Under the pieces are notes generated by a model. The model had not been told where the DNA came from, did not search any database, and saw nothing but the letters and a program-made list of their open reading frames with translations. A stretch of 64,000 nt of DNA from Nemertoderma westbladi (lineage: Eukaryota; Animalia; Xenacoelomorpha). Location: NCBI GenBank assembly GCA_032718475.1, contig JAUCBJ010003330.1, positions 31,259 through 95,258 on the forward strand, in the 5' to 3' direction. Positions 13,838 to 24,913 of the stretch are shown one piece after another. The stretch's first letter is position 1. Every line of letters begins with the position of its first letter. The position numbers and the translations under genes are program-made.

Positions 13838-14197
13838 ATGACTGAGTTGATAGAAGATGAGCTTGGTATCAGTGAGCGATATACCCTACCACTGCAAGCG
13901 TTTGTTGATAGTTTGATAAGCGGCGACGCTAGTCAACATACGATGGAAGACGATGGCCGTTATATCAAACCGCCAATGTCAAAAGAACAGCTCAAGCGTG
14001 AATTGGACTATAGGAAATTCACCGCTTGCTATACGCATCGTAATGTTACGTATATGGACTTCTTAACTACTGGTCATCCTGTCGATTTACACGATATGGA
14101 CGATGTAGACACCGAAAGGGAAATGATTCTATTTAAATATCATACCCAGCGAAGTCGGAACGATAAACTGAGCATTGAACATGAAAATTCTCTTTGA
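13838..14197 (+). CDS. Hypothetical accessory ORF inside BEL-1 (119 aa, no recognised domain)
   Basis: ATG-initiated, protein-like composition, sense to the element, between integrase and the 3' LTR. Confidence 0.4.
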   Translation: MTELIEDELGISERYTLPLQAFVDSLISGDASQHTMEDDGRYIKPPMSKEQLKRELDYRKFTACYTHRNVTYMDFLTTGHPVDLHDMDDVDTEREMILFKYHTQRSRNDKLSIEHENSL

Positions 14198-15327
14198 AAC
14201 CGATTCAAAGGAGAGAATGTGGAAGAATGTTTTTAAAGACAAGCGGAGGAAAATTAGCTGGAGAAAAACCATACATTAATATCAAGGGTCCATTATGTGA
14301 ATAGTTTTCCCCGGGGCGCGGGTGCTCACGGGTGGTCTCCTTCGGGAGGCTGTAACTTCCTCTTTCCTCATCCTCTTCCTGCAATTATTGTGATCAGTGT
14401 CACAATAAAAGAGTAGGAATGAGTAATGACGTGAAAGGAAACATGTCCATTGTGGTATCTTATAGATACTACCCCCCATATCCTTCCTCCTTCCTACCAC
14501 TACTCTCCCTCTACCCCTCGCCATCGAGGATACCAGACGTTGATAGAGAAACCCTCTTCCTCCCATCTTCTCTACCCAACGCACTTGGAGCTTTCGGGAG
14601 AATATCGACCAATCATTGTCGTATCGTGGTATTGATCGTACCTCTTCCTAACAAACCTCCCCATCCTTTACTATTGATCTGGATGCTTATATTGGTATCC
14701 ATACCTCCTGTCTATGTACCACCATGTTGGTATTTATAATATCAACCTCTACCTCTCTTGTCGTTGATTGGATAATCAACTAACAATAACTTCCTCAAGT
14801 TCATGGCCATTGATACAAGGACTGAAAGGACACAATAATCTTCTGTGAACAACTGGTACCATTACGTGTCATAAATCTGGTTGTTCACATCTCTTAGTGC
14901 TTGGAACTAAACCCGCTAAGTTAGATGAACACAATAAATTCATCCGATTCGAATGCTTTAGGTGCTTTCTGACTCCGTTCCGTAACGTTGACAGTCAGTT
15001 TAAAGACCGCGCTTTGACCAAACTCAGCCTGAGAGATTCCGCTGCTGAGAAGTTGGACAGCGCTGGATTTGCCATTTTTAAGGACGTTTGTATACAGAAT
15101 CTACATTCATCTGTTATACAAAGACCCCAAATCCCCACAGGTTATTCTATTGTGGAAGTTCAAATGGTGGGTTCCCTTGAGAAAAACAGCTACGTCTATC
15201 GCAGCTATGCAAGTTGAAGAAGAACCAATTTGCTTGGAATCTGAAGAAATTCAAACTACAGCATCCAGGAGTAGCGATAATGATTATGTGTTAGAGTAGT
15301 ATCAAGGTCCACAATGTCTTACGGCAT

Positions 15328-15915
15328 ATGATTATCGGCATGCCAATTACATATATACAATACATTAATATACTTGAAATACTTGACCAACCTATTATGG
15401 AGATTTATTGTGCTTATTGTAGACTCAACAATCTACACATTTTCGCAGTTTGTCCTCAATTTATGACTCAATGTCACCACTGTCAATTCAAAGGACATGC
15501 CAGTTTCGATTGCCCTTTCAATCAAGATCAAGAAGGAGTTTATGCGTTTCACCCATACCTCTCTTCCTCCGTTGAACAAAAATCTCGCTCCCCCAGTTAC
15601 GAACTGATGAAACGTGTTGGCGAGAACATTTCAACCAAATACGTTCGCAAATATCTGAGGAATATTAATCCCAATAACTCGGATTCTTATAACTTGATCA
15701 ACTTCATCCATCAAGATCCGGAATATGGTGACTTGTTCATAAACTCACATCCTGAGTTACAAGAAGTTCATAGAAGACCATATGAATATAAAGCCAGAGA
15801 ACGCGAATTAGAGAGAATAATCAAACCGACGAAATTTCTCACTACACACGGTCAACCTACCACTGTCGTGCAAACGACCCATCAAGGACCAGTAAAAGCT
15901 GCCCTGCCGTCTTGA
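15328..15915 (+). CDS. BEL-1 accessory zinc-knuckle protein (likely start ATG 15397)
   Basis: CAYCRLNNLHIFAVC-PQFMTQ-CHHCQFKGHASFDC has the same knuckle pair and 6-aa linker as the accessory ORFs of BEL-2 and BEL-3. Confidence 0.7.
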   Translation: MIIGMPITYIQYINILEILDQPIMEIYCAYCRLNNLHIFAVCPQFMTQCHHCQFKGHASFDCPFNQDQEGVYAFHPYLSSSVEQKSRSPSYELMKRVGENISTKYVRKYLRNINPNNSDSYNLINFIHQDPEYGDLFINSHPELQEVHRRPYEYKARERELERIIKPTKFLTTHGQPTTVVQTTHQGPVKAALPS

Positions 15916-16222
15916 AATGAGCTCTAAAGGTTGTTCGCCCTCGATCCACCGATGTCGACATCGATCAACCGGGTACCTCGACCGGCGGATACACCGATCG
16001 TAATCCAAAACCTTCTGATGCTATTGTATTGCACCCTTCCCCCAGGAGTTATAGCCCTCCTAGTAAAGTGGCTCACTCCAAAGAGAAAAAGACTCTTACT
16101 AGTCTTAAAAAACTCCGTAAACGCCGTTCGAGAAAGAAGGACTGATAGTTAGAGTATTTTTATATATTAGAAACTGTGATTTTTTATATTTTATAGACTT
16201 AAATCCCATTTTCTGGGAGCGG

Positions 16223-18844
16223 TGTAAAAGCTTTTGCGGACATAACAAGTCGTTTTTACGCAATGCGCTGAATACTCTAAAAAGGCCTAAAATTGTTCAA
16301 CTACGCGTCGGTCAGAAATTAGAACCAAGATGACGAAATCTGTCAGCTGATTCTTTGTGTACGTGGAGATTTCTTTGTTTGGGCCTATTTCAGCCAATCA
16401 GAGCAATCTTCCCAGTTATGCCAATAGAGACCTACCTGTGGAAATTGGCGCATGCGCAGTTTTAAGTTTTTCTGAGAATCCAATTCCTTTCTGGATTCTG
16501 TACTAAGTACAGACGTTTCAGACTTTGGCCCAAGAACATCTGATGGCTGGAGTTATAAGAACGTAAATCTATTAATCGCATTTCATGCGGCATCTTAACA
16601 CTCTTATAAGACATACTGACTCTGTTCACCGCACTGTTTTAATGCTGTTTATATTGTTGTTAATTGCTGTTTATATTAATGGATGTTATATTTGGAGAAT
16701 ACCTATAAATAATCGTAAACCCCTCAACTTTCTTAATTACTGAGGTAAGCAGAAGGGTCTACCGGTAGCAACTGCGACTCAAATTATAGTGGTTTTTGAG
16801 TGGATTAAATGCTATTTCATAATCCCTACGTGTGTCAGTTGCAATCCTCCATATATATGATCAAAATCAGTGACGGTCGGCAAATTAGTGTGAAGTCGTG
16901 TGAAAGTTAATAAAGCATCTCCTAAAGAATGCGCTATTTACAAGATTCCATAGCCATCTAGTTGTGATTAGTGTAAGTCATAACTCTGTTTTATACTTAA
17001 AGTGCCACATCCTAAAGGAACTGTTAATATTTCCCCAAAAGTAGATATAGTTGTCGGAGATCATATAGTACCGATCAATCGAATAATACAAAGTAGCCTA
17101 CACCGCAATAACTTTCTCTGGACCCGAATCCAGTCTCCCACACAGTGGGTCATACGCCGCGCACGGACTGGCTACGGCGGATGTAAATTCAGTACACCAG
17201 GTAATTGGTAAGAGCAAAAGTCGATTTATAATTAACCCTATTAGTACCGGGCTATAAAATGTTGTACAAATACCGGGGAGGGGTCATATTGACCCCCCCC
17301 TCTAAAATCTACAAATATTTACGAAAACGTCTGATTTTTTGTTTGTACGTAGGTATCACTTGTCTGGATCCGACCGAAAAAAAAAATTTTCGAAAAAATG
17401 TACTGCGGTGGTTATATTGCAGCACCAAAATTACAAGTAGTGCACAATTTTCACCAAATTTGAAAGTTACATTTTCGGCTAATTATTTTTCAATACAGGT
17501 TTTCTGGGGTGCAAAATACATTGGAAAATATTAAAAAATGATATGATTACTATAAATGGCTGTTTAGTCCTCTCTGCGTAGGAAAAAAATGAAAAAAACA
17601 AGTAACCAGCACTTTTCAGTTAGAACACAAAATTTGTAATTCACTTATACGATGCTATAAATTCACATTTTCAGGTTTTCGAGGGCGCTGATTCTAATGG
17701 AATACATTTCTAATATGCCAGATCATTGCTACTTGTATTTTTCGGCGTAATTTGGCAAATTTTGGTGCTAGCACCAAATTTCGTACCCATCACCAAAAAG
17801 TACAAGTTTGCGATGTTCAGTGCTGTTTTTATTGATTCCATAGGATTCAGGACCCTCATAAACCCGTATAACGCAAGAAACAAGGTGATACTATCTACTT
17901 ATCAATTTGCATATTTTCCAAAATTTGGTGCTGGCACAACAATTTTCACCCACCGGCGAAAAATACAAGTTTGAGAACTCTTATGAAATTTTTACTGATT
18001 CCATTGAATTCAGAACCATCACAAACCCGTATAACGCAAGAAACAAGGTGACACAATAAATTGATATATTTGCTGGTTTTCAAAATTTGGTGCTAGCACC
18101 AAATTTTGCACCCACATCCGAAAAATACAAGTTTGAGATGTCTAGATCGATAATTATATTTTCCATTGAATTCAGAACAGCCATAAACCTTTAAAACGCA
18201 AGAAATAAATTGTCACAAGCAATTTTATCTATTGAATGGATTTTCAAAATTTCGTGCTAGCACCAAAATTTGCACACAGCACCGAAAAATACAAGTTTGA
18301 TACGCTTGGTGCAACTCGTATATATTTCATCGAATCCAGAAACCCAAAAAACCCCAATTGCGTAAAAAACAAGTTTCAAACGATCAATTTACAAAATTGA
18401 CTTATTTCGAAATTTGGTGCTGGCACCAAAATTTGGCACCCACCGAAAAAAACAAGTTTGAAATTTCTAAATCAATTTATATGAATTCCATCAAATTTCT
18501 AACACCAAAAAACCGGTGTAAATCAAAAATAGAGATGTTACAATCATATTTAATGAAATGTAATTTTCAAAAAACGTCTCAAAAAAAGTGCCAAAAGTAG
18601 GGTTAAAAAATGGTGCTATAACTCGAAAAGTACCCAATATTTTTGAAAACGGTTTTCACTACTAGGAAGACAATAGATTTTTAGGAAAAGTCATAAAATT
18701 TCAGATTCCCAACTGCGTTTGTTTCAGAATTATAATAAAAAAACCACGGGGGGGGGGTCATATTGACCCCCCCCCGGGTTTAATAGGGTTAAAGGGACAT
18801 TTAAATTGGCAGGTTAACTGCTAAAAGGTCTAAAAGCGCGAACA
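16223..18844 (+). repeat. 3' LTR of BEL-1, interrupted by a piggyBac-like insertion
   Basis: Matches the 5' LTR from 16223 to ~17231, resumes at 18793 (AGGGACATTTAAATTGGCAGG) and ends GCGCGAACA at 18844. Confidence 0.9.
17236..18788. mobile_element. Non-autonomous piggyBac-like DNA transposon
   Basis: TTAA target duplication (17232-17235, 18789-18792). Termini CCCTATTA...TAATAGGG. Subterminal palindromes GGGGTCATATTGACCCC at both ends. Internal ~165 bp repeats built on AAATTTGGTGCTAGCACCAAATT. No transposase. Confidence 0.9.
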
Positions 18845-18980
18845 ATCTTAAGCCTGTTACGAGTCATGTAACTAGCAGGACCTATGATATTTCACTTTGC
18901 TTGATTGCTTATTGCATTGCATCATTAACTTGCCGTGCGTATTAAATCTTATTGTTATAGTTATTATTATTGCTTTACCA

Positions 18981-19121
18981 TGTTGATGAATATACAAGAC
19001 CAGAGATCACACCAACTTGATTTCCACACGGTTAGTGCGCGACTGCGCCCTGTCTGTAATAGATTCGGTTCATTTAGTGCGAGTGTGTGCGTCCATAGTA
19101 CTGCAATATTATTCCCCAACT
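18981..19121. repeat. Dispersed repeat, second copy at 61723-61863
   Basis: TGTTGATGAATATACAAGACCAGAGATC...GCAATATTATTCCCCAACT is near-identical in both places, with weaker similarity ~120 bp further upstream. Confidence 0.85.
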
Positions 19122-19800
19122 AGTTACTATAATCTATTGCAGCGGATGTGGGGTTAGCCTCCCGTAAAAGCCTTGACACTTCCTATATTAGCCCCCTGTT
19201 TACCACATTCCCTTTCATTGTTTAATTTTTATTGTCAGAAAGTTTTTGTTGTTTTTCTTGTAAAAGCATATATTTATTTATTTCCTAAAACGAGTTACCT
19301 ATTCACTATGGCACAAATGGAAATCAGCTTTTCAAACAACGAGATAGTTTGCAGCGAGAATCAGTTTATACACTACTAAAGAACTCGTTTGGTTTTTATT
19401 TCGAATTGTGAAACAAACTCTTTCCGTTAATGATAAATACAACTTTAAACCAACCCGTTCCAATTCTGGAAAACTACGCTCACTTTATATTAGTATATAT
19501 ATTATATCAACGCTGCATAAAACCATCCCTTTTTTTAAGTCCTTTGCTCCCCGCAGAAGAGCTGAGCTGTGGCTTGTCAGATGGTCAGTAAATTATGCGC
19601 CACTAGCAGACTAGGGAGTTTACGATCGACACCAGCCTTAAAGGCAATATAACTAGCTAATTGACCATATAGGCGAATAATGATAACGCATGGTTTATCG
19701 GAACCGGTAGGTCTGGACTTTTTCGGCCCTTGTCTATGAACGGTATTTTTCCGGTATCTATGGTATTTTTCCGGTTTTGGGCAAAAGACTAGAAGTTAAA

Positions 19801-20520
19801 AGAGCTTAGTAGAGTGTTTATTTAGTGAATCCGGTAATTTGTGCACCATACGCCATGCCATATAAGGTAATAACAGTAAGTCAGAATCAGCACCTTTGAA
19901 AACCTATACATAACCGAAAATAGCACAATTATTTGAAGCTTTAGCAATTTCGATATTTTTTGCAATGCCAAACAAAAGTGCCATGTGCCACATGGTAAAA
20001 AGTGGCACTTCTGTACCACTAGAGCGTTCTAAACCATTTGTTTACGCTTCAGCACCCTGTTAAAACCTAGTGGAACCATAATCTTCGCTATTCTGCCTGT
20101 ATTTGTGCCAAATATGCAAATTTTGGCAGGTGCCAGTGCCAGAAATGGCACAAAGGCACCCTTTGAGAATTTGAGACCCATCTCTGAAGATTCACCGCTG
20201 CCGAAAACCCGTATAGGTGAAAAATTGTGCACAAACTATGAATATTGCAATAATATGAATATGCAGATTAAAAGGTTGAAAATGTTTAAGTGGTGGAAAT
20301 TGTCCCTCTTATTTGATTGATTGGCGGTTTGGTATAATTTCTTACATACCGTTTTGGTGATAGAATCGCTCAATAATAAATTTATGTTTCATAATTATGA
20401 TCAACAAATTAAACCGAATCATCTCTGAATGAATCATCTCTGAAGCATCCCGATCCCACATCAAAGGAGGTTTCCAGTTAAGTAGGATAAAGCAAAGGAT
20501 ACTTTAGTCTACTAAACTCT
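19801..20520. mobile_element. Probable MITE / non-autonomous DNA transposon
   Basis: Inverted ends AGAGCTTAGTAGA (19801) and TCTACTAAACTCT (~20508-20520), internal GTGCCA/TGGCAC motifs, no credible ORF. Confidence 0.5.
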
Positions 20521-21357
20521 AAAAATTGGTTAAAATGTCAGAAAATAGTGTCCGTCTAACCGAGACTCGTGCTGCGCGAAGGCCCCACGAACGTGTAAGT
20601 TACTGTATCTCAAGTTTTATAATTACAAAATTATGTTATTATCAGTCAATCCTTACTGATGGCGATAGAGGCAACACAGAAAACAATTATTACTGAATCC
20701 GTTACTTCTCAGAAAGTACCTACAGCAACAGAATCCATACCGGAGAAACAGTTGATGATAAAATCAACACAATATTGTAATTATGTCAACAAACTAATGA
20801 ACTAATCATATTGTTATACTGTATATCATTATGATAAAGTACGGGTTTCTTACTGTATATCTACTGGTCAGGCAGTGAACTGCCATAATAGAAGTCCCTA
20901 CAATTAACTCGATCCGTTTACTCGATCCACAAGAAGTGGTAGAACAAACTTGAAAGTATGGTAAACACTAGGCCTACACCTATGCTTACTTTGCAGAAGA
21001 TAGGCGGGTTAAATGATTGTTGCTTCATAATCAATTATCAGATGTATAGGCGTACCAGCTGACCGGTACATGTGTAGGCGTAGATGTAGGCGTATGTGTG
21101 GGCGTCATGTTAACAACCCCCGGAATGTTCACATTCTTACATTAAAGTTGAAATAAATGGACCGAGATATCAAAAATATATGGTATATGCTGAATGAAAT
21201 AGTAATGAATAGAATGTGGGAATTTATTTATTCTGCACGTCGTCGCTATCATTAATAAATAAGATTTAGAACGAGAAATTCACGAACAATATAGCTCATG
21301 GGTGTAAAATTGTCGACTCGATTTTTCGTTACCTAAATTTATTTACCGGACTAATTG

Positions 21358-21592
21358 CGGGTGAGTACAAAACAAAGATCCAAGACACAATGCACAGACA
21401 CTGCATGATCTTCTATCATGTGTTAACTTTCGTTTATTGTTTTGGTTCCCCCCAACACGCATCTGTAACCTGCTCCTTTAAATGGCAATGGGACCTAACG
21501 CCCTTTGGGACCTTAAGTGAATTTACCTCTTTGTTTTGTACAGAACGGGCAGTAAAGTCTTGAGTCTTTGGTCTTTGTTTTCTGCTCACCCG
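21358..21592. mobile_element. MITE (235 bp) with ~29 bp imperfect TIRs
   Basis: Left end CGGGTGAGTACAAAACAAAGATCCAAGAC versus reverse complement of right end CGGGTGAGCAGAAAACAAAGACCAAAGAC. Flanks ACTAATTG / ACTAAATA may be a decayed 8 bp TSD. Confidence 0.75.
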
Positions 21593-22607
21593 ACTAAATA
21601 CTGTTCATAGGTTCACGGTTTGACAAATTTTACGTTTCGGGGAAAAAATACGATATTATTTGTTTTTCATGTAAACCGTTTCACAAAATTGCCTCGTCAC
21701 CACACTTTTGCTCGCAATAAATGAAATCATTGTTCTGGTAGAGCATCCCTGCTTTACCACTAATGCATTCACGGAAGACGTTATGGCGCCACACGTTGCG
21801 GAGTGTCTGATACTCACAGTACTGGTAATTCCAAAATACCACCACTACAACAACGTGTACGGACACTCAGTTATACTTAGGGCTATTTATGGGGGGATTT
21901 ATTCACGATTAATTCATAATGAATTTCGTGATAGAAGAAATAATAGTGAGCATAAGCAGTATTTTCTTGCCCTGTCTTCTACAAATTTTGTGAGAGAAGT
22001 GGACTTTTCAGATAAAATATATTTATCCAATAGAAACCATTGTTATGAGCAGAGTAATATTTCTAACATCATTCCACTATACCTCAACCAATCAGACACA
22101 ATGAGTACTTTTACCTTCATCCAGTGATTGGTTGATTTCATTCCTTCAGTTCATTCAGTGATTGGTTGGTGATTTTTGTTGATTTTGTTTCTATATTACA
22201 GTAGAAGTAGGAATAACCAACATTATTATTGTTATTTATTCAGGGCGATACAACCCATATTACTATCCGGGTTAAATAAACATATTGCAAATAAATCTTT
22301 ATAAAATCTTGAACTAAACCAATACTGTAATATACAAAAAGAGGAGGTACAGTATAATTATTTATAGTAAAGCATTAAATTCTAGGATAGGTTGGAAGGA
22401 GTTCTGAAGTATCTTGTGTATTGAAATTAACTGTCCAGGCCAACTACGTGGCCTGGTAGGCCACGTAGTTGGTAGGCAGGGTGCAGAGGGCCTGGTAGGC
22501 CACGTAATAGCAGAGGGAGAGGCGGGGGTGAATAGACCCGACCGTGATAGGGTTGATGTGTCGACTAGAGAGGGATATAGTAGCGGGGTGAGAGATAGCG
22601 AAGTTAG

Positions 22608-24913
22608 ATGTGGCGAGTGGGGGGGGGGGGGGCTACAGGGGCCCCACAACAGCGAGTTAGCGGCGAAAGGGGGGGGGCAGAGAGTGACCCACAGCCGTCA
22701 GCGGATAATGCGCGGGCCAAAATAGGTAAACCGCAACAACCGGTGACGGAAAGTAATAGGGGGATTGCGAGTATCCCCAGCGGCGTGCGACCGAGCAGAA
22801 AGAGACAGGTTGACGTCGTAAGAGGGCGGACGAAGCGTCGAGCCCGATCAGAAGAGGGAAGAAGAACAGTGGGGTTTAACCGGGAGGTCGACGAGAGATC
22901 TCACGAGCGGGAATACTCCACTGAAAGGAGAAGAAGAGAAGACAGTAGTAGAGATATCGCCGCGAACGATAGAAGAGCGAGGACGGATAGCGAGCCGTCG
23001 GTAGTTGAGATGAGGACGGAGAGTCAGTGGGGTCGGACTCCGGGAGATTGCCGTCGCCCCGGAGAGATGCGACCCGGCGAGGCGCACTACGCGCCGATGG
23101 AGGGGTACGCGATGTACCGGTACGAAGACGAGAACAGTAGAGGGGGGGGTCGAAGAGAAACTTTCAGACGGAATACACCTATCGATCGAGAATACGGTAG
23201 CCGCGGGGAGGATTATTCGAGAAGAATAAACTTCGATCCCGAACAACACATGCAGACTGTAGGACATACTGTAGGCCTTACTGCACATACCATAGGCCAT
23301 ACTGAGAGAGGCAATGTAGGCGATAGGATAGCGTGGACAACGGGATTAAACCCGGAAGTCGCGGAGTACATACCGGCGGGTAGGCCAGAAGCTGATAAGC
23401 CTATACCGGTACCAGTACAGCAGTATGACTACAGCATGCAGGGACATAACATATACCCAGGGGAGGGGGGAATTATTGCGGATAGGTGCATGGGCCCCAA
23501 CATATTAACATCAACCCCAGTACCAAACATACCGGTGGGGGGGGGGGACAGGGTGACATTCCCCCATCACAATATCAACAATATATCCCGATAGGAGCAA
23601 GAACAACGAGACCCTTGGATGAGAATAGGTCGTGTGACACAGAAATATGGAGGGGGCCGCTACCCCCGATGACATACCCAAGTCAGAGAAGATCGAGAAA
23701 TAGGACGGACGAACCGCACCAGACAGGAGAAACTATACAGCACCCGTCGAATCCATTGGAAGCGCAGGCGATGGGGATGGACACGTTGATCGATGCGTTG
23801 AAAACGAGGATCGAGCTACCACCCGTGGAACCATTCAAATTCGATGGGAGCAGGCCGGAAGAATATCTACAGTTTCGGCGCATGTATAGTAACGAAATAC
23901 TAACAAAAAACTTGACGCAGGCAGAGTGCCTATAGTATCTGCAAGTGTACACGGGAGGCCCAGCATACGATATCGTGAGGCAATATCAAGGAATAGAGGG
24001 CGGCTTCACGACAGCATGGCGGGCACTGGATAGGGAATACGGGCACCCGGCCAAGATCATCAGGCAGACGCTGAGAGGCATAACATCGGGTGGCCTACAG
24101 GATAATCCCGTTAGCATTAAGACGTTCGCTAACAAAGTCGAAAAGGCGCTAATCGTGCTGAAGACGCTAGACGCGCCGTACGAGCTCAATGCGTCCAACA
24201 ACATCACCACGATAGCGCAGGCACTACCAAACTGGCTGCGCAACAAGTGGAGGAAAATCGCCTTCTCCACTCGAGATAAGAAGGGTGCGGAACCGGGTTT
24301 AGAAGAAATGTCAAACTTCTTAAACTACGAGGCTGAACTAATAACTGACCCAGTCTATAGCGAAGACAGCCTGGGAAAGGGACCGAAGACAGACTACCAT
24401 AGACCGAAACCAGAGCACAACACATCAAATGCATTACCGAGACTCAGGCAATCATTGCCATATGCAGCGACGCAGGGGACTGCAAGTCCACAGCTAGCCG
24501 AGGATAAGACAACACCATGGAACGGACAGGGAAACAATAACAACACGAATAAACATAACCCCAGTACGTCCAGTAGGCTAAATCCAAACAATAAGAATAG
24601 TAGGGACTTTGGTACAAACGCAACTGCGATACGCAATGCACTGTATAAAGATGGCTACGACCCAAAGAGCAAATGCCAGCTACACGCAAATGCGCTTCAT
24701 CAAACCATGAACTGCAGGTACTGGCAGGCGCTACCTAGGCAAGATCAGATAGATTATGCGTTCAGCAATAAAATCTGCTCGCGATGTGTAATAAGTGGAC
24801 ATAGAGCAAGGGAGTGCAAGGAGAAGCCAATAAAATTTGGTCAGAGGAGAGGCCAAACGATGGTGACGAGCACAGTAGGGGCGAAGAGAGAGGAACGGTG
24901 TTACTTGGAGTAG
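22608..24913 (+). pseudogene. gag: BEL-2 gag (frameshifts at G-runs, in-frame TAG at 23933)
   Basis: LPPVEPFKFDGSRPEEYLQF, YTGGPAYDIV, AWRALDREYG, LPNWLRNKWR, CQLHANALHQTMNC, CSRCVISGHRAREC. Confidence 0.88.

Larger units (their letters stand above)
3202..18844 (+). mobile_element. BEL/Pao LTR retrotransposon BEL-1 (RT deleted, ~4.3 kb extra region after pol)
   Basis: Related LTRs 3202-4310 and 16223-18844 (TGTAAAAGC...GAACA). Internal DUF1759-like gag with three Cys/His knuckles, DSG protease and BEL-type integrase. PPT-like TTTTCTGGGAGCGG precedes the 3' LTR. Confidence 0.9.
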
